Part shown: positions 27,307 through 37,824 of the stretch, one piece after another
Numbering within the stretch: the stretch's first letter is position 1
Layout: every line of letters begins with the position of its first letter
NCBI GenBank assembly: GCA_034430155.1
Contig: DAOUET010000048.1
Coordinates: 8,953 to 72,952, forward strand
Direction of reading: 5' to 3'
DNA from: Anaerolineales bacterium
GTDB taxonomy: Bacteria; Chloroflexota; Anaerolineae; Anaerolineales; UBA4823
DNA length: 64,000 nucleotides
Program-made: the position numbers and the translations under genes
Notes under the pieces: generated by a model
What the model was told of the DNA's origin: nothing
Database searches by the model: none
The model's input: the letters and a program-made list of their open reading frames with translations, nothing else

Positions 27307-29352
27307 ATGAAGAATTCACATCCTTTCATTAAAGTAATCAGCCTATTCATATTTACCAGCCTGGCCTGCCAGTCGCTTACGGGCGTTCTTCAACCCACAG
27401 CCAGCCCCACCCTCACCCCCCCACCAACCTTTCCACCCACTTTCCAACCATCACCTACTACGATCCAACCGACCGAAGTTGGAGTAGATCCTAACGAACC
27501 GGTTTTCATAACCGGTGAAATACCCTACACCTCACCCTTCTTCCTCAATACCATCTCGGAACCCTTTGTATTGTTGGAGGACGAAGCAGGTTTCATCCAA
27601 CGCAACCAGGAATTCGAGTTTCCACTAGAGGGGCAGGTAATCGGGGCAGTAGCTGTGCATGAAGATAAAACCCTAACCTACAGATTATCGCTTCCTGCCT
27701 TGCCCCAGGGAACCCAGGTGGACGTCGATAACAATGGTAATAAAGACACGGGGGTACAGGTTTTCGCGATTGCATATTGGTCAAACACCTGGGGAGGTCC
27801 ATTCTTAGAACCCCGCGACGGTACCGGTTGGTCTACGGCGTACGTATCCACGATCACAGATCCGGACAGAGACAACGAAATAAGCGGGGGTATCTTGCTG
27901 GTTTGGGCGCCCGATGGTGAGCAAGGTTTCCCAACCGGTTTTGGCGATGACAAGAAATTATTCACTGCCGATGACCCGATAGCACCGATCCCTGCCGGGT
28001 ACAACATCGTTGATCTTAATCAAGAACCATTCAAGATCACCAAGGAAGCCAAACCTGATATTATGCTAAATGAAGGTGAGGTCGCCGTCACCGACCTCTC
28101 CAAATTGAGCTATAAAGATGCTTTCGAAGCCCTTTTTAATAAAGCCTCCCAAGAATACCCCTTCACCAAGGAAAAGGGAATAAACTGGAAAGCCCTGCAC
28201 GATGAATTCGCTCCTCGTATCGCCAGTGCACGAAATGCCGAAGACTTCTACCGGGCTATGCGTGATTTTACCTACGCCATTCCAGATGCGCATGTCGGCC
28301 TGTCATTCAACGCCGATGTCTTCTTTGAAGAAAGTGGGGGCAGTTTTGGGCTGGTATTGGCTGAATTGAGTGATGGCCGCGTTATCGTTACCAAGGTTAT
28401 ACCTGATACGCCAGCTTCACAAGAAGGGATCCAGACAGGAGCAGAAATCATCACCTGGGATGGATTGCCTGTGGGCGAGGCCATCAGCCAGGTCAATCCA
28501 TATTTCGGTCCATTCTCTAGCGAGCAACAAAAACGCTTAGAGCAGGTTATCTTCCTCACCCGCCTCCCCCCTGATACTAAAATCCCGATTGAATATAAAA
28601 ACCCAGGTGAACCCCAACCGAAAGAAGTTACTTTACAGGCTGCTGTCGAATATCCGTCACTCTTTGAAGCCTTGCCAGATTTTTCTATCGACCAACTCGC
28701 GCCGCCTGATGAGGGCAAGATTTTGGAAGATTCAGGGTTAGGGTATATTCGGATCACAACATTCTCTGAAGATTATAACCTAATGGCTCATCTGTGGGAT
28801 CGCTTTATCGGGGAGTTGGTCGACAACCAGATCCCCGGCCTGATCATCGATTTGCGGGTGAACTCCGGAGGCAGCGGTGGGCTGGCTTTGGATTTTGCCG
28901 GTTATTTCTTCGACAATGAGATAACCGTCTCCCGAAGTGCATACTATAACGAAGTCACCGGTAAATTTGAATACACGGATTATCCCGCGCGGATTAAACC
29001 AGGTCCCAAACTGTACAAAGGGCCTATAGCAGTGTTGGTCAGCCCTTATTGCATAAGTGCATGCGAGGGTTTCGCTAACGCCATAACACAAGAGGGTCGA
29101 TCCATGATAGTTGGCCATTACCCCACTGCTGGCGCTTATGGGGAGGTCGGGCGAGGCCAATATAAGCTACCGGGGGATTTATCCTTACAATTCCCGACCG
29201 GTCGTTCAGAAACGCCAGATGGAAAGCTCTTGATCGAGGGGAAGGGCGTGCCACTAGATATAACCGTCCCAGTGACAGAAGAAAGCGCCACAGGTAGGGT
29301 AGACACAGTCCTGCAAGCAGCCATCGAGGCCTTGGCTCAAAAGATTAAATAG
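27307..29352 (+). CDS. S41-family (C-terminal processing/tricorn-core-like) peptidase lipoprotein with PDZ domain
   Basis: Lipobox FTSLAC, P/T-rich linker, PDZ-like GIQTGAEIITWDGLPV, and LIIDLRVNSGGSGG with a downstream CISACEGF. Confidence 0.85.
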   Translation: MKNSHPFIKVISLFIFTSLACQSLTGVLQPTASPTLTPPPTFPPTFQPSPTTIQPTEVGVDPNEPVFITGEIPYTSPFFLNTISEPFVLLEDEAGFIQRNQEFEFPLEGQVIGAVAVHEDKTLTYRLSLPALPQGTQVDVDNNGNKDTGVQVFAIAYWSNTWGGPFLEPRDGTGWSTAYVSTITDPDRDNEISGGILLVWAPDGEQGFPTGFGDDKKLFTADDPIAPIPAGYNIVDLNQEPFKITKEAKPDIMLNEGEVAVTDLSKLSYKDAFEALFNKASQEYPFTKEKGINWKALHDEFAPRIASARNAEDFYRAMRDFTYAIPDAHVGLSFNADVFFEESGGSFGLVLAELSDGRVIVTKVIPDTPASQEGIQTGAEIITWDGLPVGEAISQVNPYFGPFSSEQQKRLEQVIFLTRLPPDTKIPIEYKNPGEPQPKEVTLQAAVEYPSLFEALPDFSIDQLAPPDEGKILEDSGLGYIRITTFSEDYNLMAHLWDRFIGELVDNQIPGLIIDLRVNSGGSGGLALDFAGYFFDNEITVSRSAYYNEVTGKFEYTDYPARIKPGPKLYKGPIAVLVSPYCISACEGFANAITQEGRSMIVGHYPTAGAYGEVGRGQYKLPGDLSLQFPTGRSETPDGKLLIEGKGVPLDITVPVTEESATGRVDTVLQAAIEALAQKIK

Positions 29353-29419
29353 CCCGAAAAGCCCGGCCGTATAACCTTCAGCAAAAAAACCGAAAAATTT
29401 TTAGAGAGTTTTGGGCACC

Positions 29420-30958
29420 TTACGGATTCCAGTCGATGTAAACGGGTGCCAATGTTATCGATATTTGTTGATCGGGGGATAAGGGTTCGCCTGCCATGTC
29501 AAAAACTGCATCAGGACGATCAGGCAGGCTGATCGAGTGCACCCTATCATCCAGTGCCCAAAGTAGCCAGGTCTGCACGCCGTCGTGGTTGAACGCATAG
29601 CCTTTTAAACTTGGGTATTCTGAGATCTCTCGCTCAAAGGCGGCACCATCCAAATGAGCTGCGCTGAATTGGAAAGCCTGGTAAGCGATATTGGGTTGAT
29701 ATTTTTTATTTACCAACCCAGACCCACGCCAACCTCGCAGGCTGTACCATATATTGGCACTTAACCCTTCTGCTAAGGCGGTCGCGTAGCTTTGAACGAG
29801 GTAAATGGCCTTGGTGTTGGTGAAATCCGCCTCGTTGCAGAATTGCTCACTTCCGGTTTTCCCACAAAGAAGCGCCACCTCCGTGTTCATCAGGTACTTC
29901 TCCTGATAGCCATAATCATCCAGAAGGTTATGGAGGTAGTTAATCTTGGCTACCACCACAGGCCCGCTAGTCTTCCAGCTAGCATCCCAATTTGTGTTGC
30001 CATAATGCCCGTATGTCTCGTAATAATAATCGTAAGCGTGAAAACTAACCCCATCGAAGTAATCTCCACCGTCATTCTTGAGGATGCCTTCCAGGAATTT
30101 GGACGATGTGCAATCACTAAAACTGCCAGATCCTGCCTGAGTTTCGGGCGGATTAAGGGGATCACAATTCAATAACAAACCACCGATCAACACCTGCGCA
30201 GCGGGATTGGACGTCTTAATCTGTGGATAGACCGATTTGAGCATCTCGGAATAATACTCTCCGCCATAATATGGATCAGCGGGTTCTCCCCAGCAACCAA
30301 ATACCATATCTGGGGGTACCAAGGCCGGATCCACATCCGGTTCATTACCCAATTCCCAATAACCCACGTTATAGGGAGGGGGACTGTATCGGGTTACTGC
30401 TTCAGCCATGAAATTGGTAAAAGCGCTCAATTTTTCGGGTGTGATCGGACCACAATATGAACCAGACACCTTTTGAGCCCAAGTGGGTGTCCCACGGACA
30501 ATGAGAATTACCCTCAGTCCCTGCTCTGAAGCGATCTTCAATTCGTCTTCCAGACTTGTTACCGCGCTCCAATCCCGGACCCCTTCCTGGCTTTCGACCT
30601 GGCTCCAAAGAAGCGCATTAATGCGTACCAATTGCGCTCCCGATTGAAATACCGGTTCGATATCATTGACATCGGCAATTTCGATACCAAAGGGCGAGAA
30701 AGGAAGCATTGGGGACGCAGGAGTATTGAGGGTTGCTGTGATCACAGGTTGTGAGGATGCAGGATTAGGAGTCAGCGTGATAGGGGATTGCGACGATGGG
30801 TTCTCACCAGACTCACTGGAGAGGGGTGATTGGTGCGTTCCCGAGCGGCAACCTTCCAAAACAAGCAATAGCAGCGCAAAGGCAAGTATAGATAGCCACC
30901 CTGACTTAGAAACAGATCGTTTACTCAATGGGTATTCCTTAGAGGAGATATTTTTCAT
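29420..30958 (-). CDS. Secreted lipoprotein, clan GH-A-like glycoside hydrolase
   Basis: Start at ATG 30958 (MKNISS...). Lipobox LVLEGC. YWELGNEPD matches the NEP acid/base motif of (beta/alpha)8 glycosidases. Family not resolved. Confidence 0.6.
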   Translation of the reverse strand: MKNISSKEYPLSKRSVSKSGWLSILAFALLLLVLEGCRSGTHQSPLSSESGENPSSQSPITLTPNPASSQPVITATLNTPASPMLPFSPFGIEIADVNDIEPVFQSGAQLVRINALLWSQVESQEGVRDWSAVTSLEDELKIASEQGLRVILIVRGTPTWAQKVSGSYCGPITPEKLSAFTNFMAEAVTRYSPPPYNVGYWELGNEPDVDPALVPPDMVFGCWGEPADPYYGGEYYSEMLKSVYPQIKTSNPAAQVLIGGLLLNCDPLNPPETQAGSGSFSDCTSSKFLEGILKNDGGDYFDGVSFHAYDYYYETYGHYGNTNWDASWKTSGPVVVAKINYLHNLLDDYGYQEKYLMNTEVALLCGKTGSEQFCNEADFTNTKAIYLVQSYATALAEGLSANIWYSLRGWRGSGLVNKKYQPNIAYQAFQFSAAHLDGAAFEREISEYPSLKGYAFNHDGVQTWLLWALDDRVHSISLPDRPDAVFDMAGEPLSPDQQISITLAPVYIDWNP

Positions 30959-31086
30959 CAATTCTCTATAGCGATTTTGACTCTCAAGAAGGGAGAACCT
31001 GAATCGGTTTTCCCGTAGAGCGTAAAAAAACCGATAGGGCACATCCCTTGCTGACAAGATTGCGCTTAACCTGAAATGACTTTATG

Positions 31087-33081
31087 TCAATAAATAGCTA
31101 AAAGGCTTACAACCGCATAAATATCAAGGGCCAGCCATAATACGCCATATACCGCGAATTGCATCCAAGCTGGTGATCGCAACCAGCCCGTTACCGTCTG
31201 TATAATTCCCAGCCATCCCAGATTCAGCAGCATCATGGTTGGGATGATAGATGGGAAAGCATATCTGGTACCCGGGATAAATATCCACCGAAAAAGGTAA
31301 ACTGAACCACGTATCCAGGTGACACCCCATATCCCCAGCATCACAAACCCAAGAAATGCCAGAACATCCCATGGCAGGGTACCTCTTTTGCGCCAAAAAA
31401 TCAGCAGCGCTCCAAGTACTCCCAAAAGGGTAACAGCTCCCACCACCCGGTAAGGTTTATGCCCTAAAAGGGGTACGTGACCCCAACCAAATTTTGCCCA
31501 AAACGTCCGCACCAAATTAAAGGCAGTTACCCGGTAATACCATCCCGCGGCCTTCAGGTCAACCAAGGAATAAAGGATATGCGAAAGCCTACCACTATCC
31601 GGGATAAATTTGGTCGCAAGATTATCCGCCCAAGGGCGCGCTCCTGGCCCTGGAGTTTCTGCAGAGCTATTACGCAATAAATTTAAGAAGCGCAGACCTC
31701 CCCAGACACCACTCTCCAGCGTGGCATCATCGTATTCAGGAGCTTCTTGAATCTGCAGCTCGCCCTCGGCTAAGACCAACCCGTCAAAATACAACCTGGT
31801 GCGAGTTTCAGCTTTCTTTGTCAGTGGAGCCAGGCTTACCCAGGCTCGATCCGTATAGATCGGTAACGTGGCGCGTACTGCGTAAAATGCGGGTTCAAGG
31901 CCAACCATCACACCGGAAGCCTCGGACCGGCTACCGGATGGATCAAATAGCTGGGGTGGGAGCACCTCCAGCGGTTGATCCGCCCACATCCAGGCCCCCA
32001 AGGTAACATTTTTGCCCGCCAACTTCCTGACCGTATCGGGGGGTATGATCTGACGAAGCTGGGTGGAAGCGGGAGAATCGCCAAGATTTATCTGTAATTC
32101 GAAAGCATGGTCACCAAACGGGGATTGGGAGTTTACCACTCTGGTAGAGGCATCTTGAAGGGTCGCCCGATACCATAAGGCAGCATCTCCCCAATCGAAG
32201 ACAGCTGCCGAACCCAGGACCACACCGATTAATAATAATCCCCAGGCCAATTTGCGCCAGGCTCCATGGCGTAGTACAGAAAGGAGAAAAGCCACTCCGA
32301 ATAGAGGGATCGCTAGATATACCGTGTTCTTCGTCCAATAAGTCAGTGCGGCTGTCGAGGCGGCCCAGATAAGGTTGACTAATGAGAATCTACTCCGGAT
32401 AAGTCTGACACCCCCCCAAAGGAACAAGGAAAATACCGCTACAGCGCCGACATCGCTATTGACCGAGGTCATAAGGTCGGTGAAGCCAGGCAGCATAGCC
32501 ATCGAGAACGGCACCAAAATTCTTAAGGGGTGACCGGCTGGCAGCAATTCTGCAGTTACACCCCAAGCGATAAAGATGGTGAACAAGAAGAGCAGCAGTG
32601 AAACCAGGCGGATGGCATAAAGTTGAGTGGTAACGTCTGAGAGAGCAAGGGTCCGCAGAGGAATTGAAGCGATCAAATGATATAGAGGCGGTTCGCCTAA
32701 TTGCTGGTACTGTCCAATCCAGATGGGATTTTCAGGCGACGAATCGAGATTTGGACGGAAATCCAGGTCCTGAAAAAAACCATGCTGTAACATCGAAATG
32801 GCCACTTCACGGCGCATGGCTTGGTCATAATCACCTGGTTGAGGCCAGCCGGGGCGGTTCGCTAATAGCCAGATGTATTCAAAGTGATTGGGCTCATCGT
32901 AGTGCTGCCAGGGGGGTACCAAAAAAACATATAGGAGGCCATGAAAGAAGGCCAAAATCAGAACCCCCAATAAGGCCAGACGCTCTTTTTCTCGACCCAT
33001 GGTCAGAGAGTGCAACCATCTGGAAAATCGCCTTGAGGAGGTGTATAAAGTCGTGAACGGAGGGTCTTGTTGAGGCTGCAT
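31087..33081 (-). CDS. Large polytopic GT-C-like membrane protein (DUF2142-like)
   Basis: PPWQHYDEPNHFEY motif after TM1, more than 12 TM segments and a roughly 200-aa extracytoplasmic insert. The start could instead be the internal MGREKE. Confidence 0.65.
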   Translation of the reverse strand: MQPQQDPPFTTLYTSSRRFSRWLHSLTMGREKERLALLGVLILAFFHGLLYVFLVPPWQHYDEPNHFEYIWLLANRPGWPQPGDYDQAMRREVAISMLQHGFFQDLDFRPNLDSSPENPIWIGQYQQLGEPPLYHLIASIPLRTLALSDVTTQLYAIRLVSLLLFLFTIFIAWGVTAELLPAGHPLRILVPFSMAMLPGFTDLMTSVNSDVGAVAVFSLFLWGGVRLIRSRFSLVNLIWAASTAALTYWTKNTVYLAIPLFGVAFLLSVLRHGAWRKLAWGLLLIGVVLGSAAVFDWGDAALWYRATLQDASTRVVNSQSPFGDHAFELQINLGDSPASTQLRQIIPPDTVRKLAGKNVTLGAWMWADQPLEVLPPQLFDPSGSRSEASGVMVGLEPAFYAVRATLPIYTDRAWVSLAPLTKKAETRTRLYFDGLVLAEGELQIQEAPEYDDATLESGVWGGLRFLNLLRNSSAETPGPGARPWADNLATKFIPDSGRLSHILYSLVDLKAAGWYYRVTAFNLVRTFWAKFGWGHVPLLGHKPYRVVGAVTLLGVLGALLIFWRKRGTLPWDVLAFLGFVMLGIWGVTWIRGSVYLFRWIFIPGTRYAFPSIIPTMMLLNLGWLGIIQTVTGWLRSPAWMQFAVYGVLWLALDIYAVVSLLAIY

Positions 33082-33233
33082 TATGAGTTATTGTTATCGA
33101 AACAAAAGTGTATAGGACCTAAACAACTGAGGGCTTGTGCGGGCTTCTGGGTCGGCAAAGCATTTCCAAAACCCTATGAGACTCGCTCGGGTAACTCCTA
33201 ATTCTATTCAATCGAAAAAGTCTTAGACAGCTA

Positions 33234-33707
33234 TTATGGTGAATGGTACCCAATCAGCCGCCGGATCTTTTGCAAGCCTTGTGTGAGCAAAGTTTCTATC
33301 TCACCAGATGTAACCGCGTATTCATTTTCGGATCGTCCGATTGGGTCATCTATATCGTAATCCTTTCCAACCATCTCGCTCAGCAGGTATACACGCTTGG
33401 CAACTGCAGGGAACTCCAGAATCAACGTCTCTTTGTGCCCCTTACTCATGGTTAGAATCAAATCAAAGTCTGCCAACATATCTTCAGTTATTCGGCGAGA
33501 ACGGTGATGGCTAATTTCCAATCCTCGTTGTTGCATAACAAGCTGAGCGTTCTCTGAGGCAGGCTGGCCATTATTCGCCCAGGTACCAGCTGATTCTATC
33601 CTCCATTTCTCTTTAGGAAAAGTCTCGCACACAATATTGCGGAAGAGGGCCTCCGCCATTGGCGAGCGACATATATTGGCAGTGCATACGAATAAAACTG
33701 AGGGCAT
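33234..33707 (-). CDS. Low-molecular-weight protein tyrosine phosphatase
   Basis: VLFVCTANICRSPMAE (CX5R P-loop) and DIDDPIG (catalytic Asp region). Confidence 0.9.
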   Translation of the reverse strand: MPSVLFVCTANICRSPMAEALFRNIVCETFPKEKWRIESAGTWANNGQPASENAQLVMQQRGLEISHHRSRRITEDMLADFDLILTMSKGHKETLILEFPAVAKRVYLLSEMVGKDYDIDDPIGRSENEYAVTSGEIETLLTQGLQKIRRLIGYHSP

Positions 33708-33726
33708 CTAGAAAATCCTTGGGAGG

Positions 33727-34497
33727 TTAACTTGTCAATCTTTGCCGGATCACACGCATTGCGAAGACAGGAATACCGACGAGATAACGCCTCCATTTGC
33801 CAACAGGGTCCATGAATAAACGCCACAGCCATTCCAAGGACAACGCATTCATCCAGGATGGGACGCTTGGTTCAAGACCGGCGATATTATCAAATAAAGC
33901 TCCTACAGCCCAAAAGATCTTTGCGGGGATGTCATCCCGGTGAGTCGAGATCCATTGCTCCTGAAGTGGGCTTCCCATGCCGATGAAGATCACATCCGGT
34001 CTCTCCCGGTGGAGATCGCTCAAAGTTTGAGTCTCATCTTTTTCAACAAAAAATCCATCACAAACACCGACAATCTTCAAATCCGGCCATCTCTTCATAA
34101 GACGTGCGCGGGCTCGCCCCGCGATGCCCGGGGATCCAGCGATGATATAAAATCTCAGATCCTGCTTTACCGACAGATCACAAAAATCATAAATCCACTC
34201 GCGCCCAGTGATCTTCTCTAATTTGCAACCGTTCAGGAAGCGGCTGGCCCAAACACCACCGATACCATCCGAGTAGACCAGGTCAGCCTGGTTGAGCAAG
34301 GATTGGAAAGAGGCCTGCCTATAAGCTAAATTCAGACAATGGGCGTTTACGTAAGTAATGGTGCGCTTCTTATTACCCTGAACCCAGACCGTTATTGTCT
34401 GGAGAAGCTTCTCTTTACTCATACAGTTTACGTTTACGCCCAGGATATTTACGCAACCCGAATCCATAGCTTCTCTTCCAACCAGGCTTGCCAACAT
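33727..34497 (-). CDS. WecB/TagA/CpsF-family (GT26) glycosyltransferase
   Basis: NAHCLNLA, LVYSDGIGGVWASR and IFIGMGSPLQEQWI motifs. Confidence 0.85.
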   Translation of the reverse strand: MLASLVGREAMDSGCVNILGVNVNCMSKEKLLQTITVWVQGNKKRTITYVNAHCLNLAYRQASFQSLLNQADLVYSDGIGGVWASRFLNGCKLEKITGREWIYDFCDLSVKQDLRFYIIAGSPGIAGRARARLMKRWPDLKIVGVCDGFFVEKDETQTLSDLHRERPDVIFIGMGSPLQEQWISTHRDDIPAKIFWAVGALFDNIAGLEPSVPSWMNALSLEWLWRLFMDPVGKWRRYLVGIPVFAMRVIRQRLTS

Positions 34498-34498
34498 A

Positions 34499-35542
34499 TT
34501 ATTTCTCAGATACCTGTTCGGACGTGGGCAGTTCCGCTGACAATGGTTTCAGATCTTTCATACCACCTGAAGCTCCCGATAATGAGAAAAATAACAATCC
34601 AAGCAAGGTAGTAGGCAACATGACGATACCATGAAGCAGGATGCCATAACTAAACCCGGTCGTTTGTTCGATGCCAAAAATCCCCAAGGCTAACACACAA
34701 ATGTATTCAAATACGCCAAACCGCCCCGGGACGGAGGGGATCGATATGCCCGCCTGAAGGGCGATCAAAATAAGGAGTGAGGCGGTCAGGGGAAGGCGAA
34801 TCCCGAGGGCCATTAAAGTAAGGTGGTTGTTCAAAACCGCGGTCCCCCATATTAAAGCTGACCAGAGAGCAAGTTTAAGCAAATCTTGCCGGCTCTGCAA
34901 TACATCTAAGCTTGCCAGTGCAGATAGAAATTTGTTGTTAGCGAAGGTCTTAATACGCTCTGGAAAATAAGCGATGATTGCTCCACCAATTCTGACAACC
35001 CAATCACGTTTAAAGGTGATGATAAAGGTGGCGATTGAGATCGCCAGGGCCAAACCAGCAAAGGTAAAGCCTGATTCGCTCACCCAGGCTGGTAGAGGGA
35101 TCAAAAATAAAAGGAAAACGAACAGAAATGCATACGAAAGCATGTCGAGGATCTTTTCAATCAGGACTGTGCCTAGAATAAAGACACGTCCAGGGCCAAA
35201 CCCACCGATGGTATAAGCCCGGCTAAGATCGCCGATCCTAGCAGGATAGATGGTATTCAACATTTGCCCTACCAAAAGTGCTGAAAAGGTTTTGGAAACT
35301 AGGATTTCCCTTCCACGCTTCCCCATTAGAACTTTCCACCGGATTGTCTTTCCTAAGGTGTTGATCCCCACGCTAAGTAACGCCAGCGCTACAAATTTGA
35401 TGTCTGCCAGGGAAAGCACTTGCCATACCTCCTGGAGCGAAACATCCCGAAGGGCGAGGTACAGGGAAAGAAGGCTGATCAAGACTGCAATCCCACCCCG
35501 GAAATAGCTAGATGAAATTAGTCTCTTTACCACTGATTTCAT
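34499..35542 (-). CDS. Flippase-like / lysyl-PG-synthase-TM (UPF0104) family membrane protein
   Basis: 8 or more TM segments and a GKTIRWKVLM motif. Start chosen at ATG 35542 to avoid overlap with the upstream gene. Confidence 0.65.
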   Translation of the reverse strand: MKSVVKRLISSSYFRGGIAVLISLLSLYLALRDVSLQEVWQVLSLADIKFVALALLSVGINTLGKTIRWKVLMGKRGREILVSKTFSALLVGQMLNTIYPARIGDLSRAYTIGGFGPGRVFILGTVLIEKILDMLSYAFLFVFLLFLIPLPAWVSESGFTFAGLALAISIATFIITFKRDWVVRIGGAIIAYFPERIKTFANNKFLSALASLDVLQSRQDLLKLALWSALIWGTAVLNNHLTLMALGIRLPLTASLLILIALQAGISIPSVPGRFGVFEYICVLALGIFGIEQTTGFSYGILLHGIVMLPTTLLGLLFFSLSGASGGMKDLKPLSAELPTSEQVSEK

Positions 35543-35553
35543 CTTAAATCTCT

Positions 35554-36795
35554 TCAGGTAACGTATATGGTCCAAGCGGCCATGGTCAATCCCCACAAAG
35601 CCCAAACAATGGGGGCCGGGCGCACCATCCCCCAGGTAACCGCATCCGTCAATCCGTGTACCAGTAGGGCTATTTGGCTACCCAGGAAACCTGTTCCAAC
35701 CCCCATGATCCATTTCTGATTTAGGGAGCGCCCCCTGTAGTAAATTTGCCAGGAGATCACTAGCACCAGGGCGGATATCGCCAGCCAGGACACCAATCCT
35801 GGAATGCCCATGTCAACCGCTACTTGTAGAAACAAATTATGAGCATGGGGTACACTGCCCGAAACAGTTAGAAAGAACGGGTAAAGGACACTTTCAATTT
35901 CCTTGTACAAACCCATGCCAATTCCAGTAAATGGAAAGTCTTGTATCATGTAGATTGCCCGGGACCATATTTCAGCGCGCCCCTGGATTCCACCGATTGC
36001 ATCGTTGGCGGTGACAATTTGGAGAAGTTGCTGCGGCCCAATCATGACAATCGCCACGACGACCAATAGCAGTGCCAATGACAAAGCCAGCCATCCCTGC
36101 CGCCATCGCAATAAAGCGAGCAAGGCAAGTGCAGCAGCAAACCCCATCCAGGCGCCCCGGGATTTTGTAAGGATCAGAACGCCAGTCATCGCCAGGATTG
36201 CCATCACAAGTAAAAGACGATCAATCCGTCCCAACTCCTGCCAAGCAAATATGATTAACGCTAACACAATCGGCAAGATTATCACCAGGCTTCCAGCCAT
36301 TACGTTGGGGTGAACGGTATCAGCGAGAAGCTGGGGTAAGCGTGAATATAAGGATTCAGGAACGAACGGCAGTTTGGCTTCAGATGGCCATTCGACACCG
36401 ACCGCCGCGATGAGAACCAGACCCAATCCGGCGGCGGCTAGGCCGAGAATCATGAGATGAAACCTGGGTGAGGTTGTTACCCAGTTGATGATGGCATAAT
36501 AAAGAGCTATGCCGGTAAGTAACCGGTAAACCTGGGGATAGGTTATATCTGGTAGGGAGGTAGCCCATAAAGTCACCAGAATCATCAATACAAGCAACCC
36601 GATAGCCCAATCAGCTGGAGTCCTCCGGCTTAACCGCCCATGCGCCACCCATCGTACCAACCAGAAAAACGCGGAAACGCCAACAGCTATGGGGAGTAAG
36701 CGGGTCATAACCAGGCTAGCACCAATTACAATGGCAACCAACCAGATTTCAACCGAGGTTAGAAACAAGGCATATTTCTTATACTGCAGCACCAT
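35554..36795 (-). CDS. O-antigen ligase/polymerase-like (Wzy_C) membrane protein
   Basis: Polytopic, with LTKSRGAWMGF plus a periplasmic-loop HAHNLFLQVAVDMG pattern typical of Wzy_C. Confidence 0.8.
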   Translation of the reverse strand: MVLQYKKYALFLTSVEIWLVAIVIGASLVMTRLLPIAVGVSAFFWLVRWVAHGRLSRRTPADWAIGLLVLMILVTLWATSLPDITYPQVYRLLTGIALYYAIINWVTTSPRFHLMILGLAAAGLGLVLIAAVGVEWPSEAKLPFVPESLYSRLPQLLADTVHPNVMAGSLVIILPIVLALIIFAWQELGRIDRLLLVMAILAMTGVLILTKSRGAWMGFAAALALLALLRWRQGWLALSLALLLVVVAIVMIGPQQLLQIVTANDAIGGIQGRAEIWSRAIYMIQDFPFTGIGMGLYKEIESVLYPFFLTVSGSVPHAHNLFLQVAVDMGIPGLVSWLAISALVLVISWQIYYRGRSLNQKWIMGVGTGFLGSQIALLVHGLTDAVTWGMVRPAPIVWALWGLTMAAWTIYVT

Positions 36796-37123
36796 TCAAT
36801 TACCCAAATCAGAAAGATCACTTATTTCCAGTAAACAGATTCCCAAACACCCGAACCAAACATATGACCAGCACCAGCTAACAATGCTAATGTCAGCATG
36901 GCGTTGGTCACCGGAGGATCGTTACTATTTCCGAAGTATCATGAGCTGCCATACTGACCAGACTTTAGAAGCACACAGGCACATGGGGATATCCTAGCAA
37001 CCAGAGGATATGTCCTCGACAAAGATTGTTAATCAGCTGACTTCCTGCGACACCTATCCCTTCGCGAGATACACTTATCTTAACGTAAATACCGATATGG
37101 CTGTCTCTTATCCTAAAGAACTG

Positions 37124-37636
37124 CTATGAATTCCTATTGCGCTCGATTTGCCCTGCTTGTAGCTCAATGGGTATATGTCGATCACTGAGCATTTTTATCA
37201 ACACTTTAACGCGCTCGCTCCCCGGCAGACGATGGTCAAAAATAGCTTCATAACCAGCGAAGGGACCCTCGCTGATCCTCACGTGATCTCCACGCTTTAA
37301 ACCGTCGAAAAGTTCTCCACCAGCTTCGGCGATCTGCTCTACGCGCTTGCGAATGGCATGGATTAAATTATCGGGAACAGGGGCGGGCTCACCATCGAAG
37401 TTTACTAAGCCAATGGCGTGTGGCATCCACTGGAATGTAGAGAGACCGGTTTCGTCCAGGTTCACTTGAACAAACATATAACCAGGAAAATATGGCTTTA
37501 ATTTTTTCGAACGAGGGTTAACGGGTTGCACACGCAAACGCGGAAAAAACACCTCAAACCCCTGAGCGGAGGCTTGCCGCCAGAGCACCTCTTCTTTACG
37601 TGGCTTGCTTCGTAGCGCGTACCACTGGGTTGTCAT
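37124..37636 (-). CDS. Specialised NusG paralog (RfaH/LoaP/UpxY-like antiterminator)
   Basis: NGN domain WYALRSKPRKEE...FFPRL...PYFPGYMFV. KOW motif GDHVRISEGPFAGYEAIF. It is the first gene of the minus-strand glycan locus. Confidence 0.8.
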   Translation of the reverse strand: MTTQWYALRSKPRKEEVLWRQASAQGFEVFFPRLRVQPVNPRSKKLKPYFPGYMFVQVNLDETGLSTFQWMPHAIGLVNFDGEPAPVPDNLIHAIRKRVEQIAEAGGELFDGLKRGDHVRISEGPFAGYEAIFDHRLPGSERVKVLIKMLSDRHIPIELQAGQIERNRNS

Positions 37637-37824
37637 TCATTCACTCCTTGAGAGTAGCGAGGATGCAAGAATTCGATATAAGGCAACCCCAGCGACATTC
37701 CCTTGTCGGGTAGAATTTACAAAAAATTCGCTTCGTGGGATTTTCCACCTCTCCGAAGAGAATTCGCTCGAGCAACTGGATAGCCATTGTAACACTTAAT
37801 CCATTCACCTATGTTTCGGCAACA

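Noticed and set aside
27400-27480. C/A-rich repetitive DNA (also seen at 53590-53700)
   Set aside because: It encodes Pro/Thr-rich linkers of secreted proteins. It is low-complexity coding sequence, not tandem repeats or a mobile-element end.
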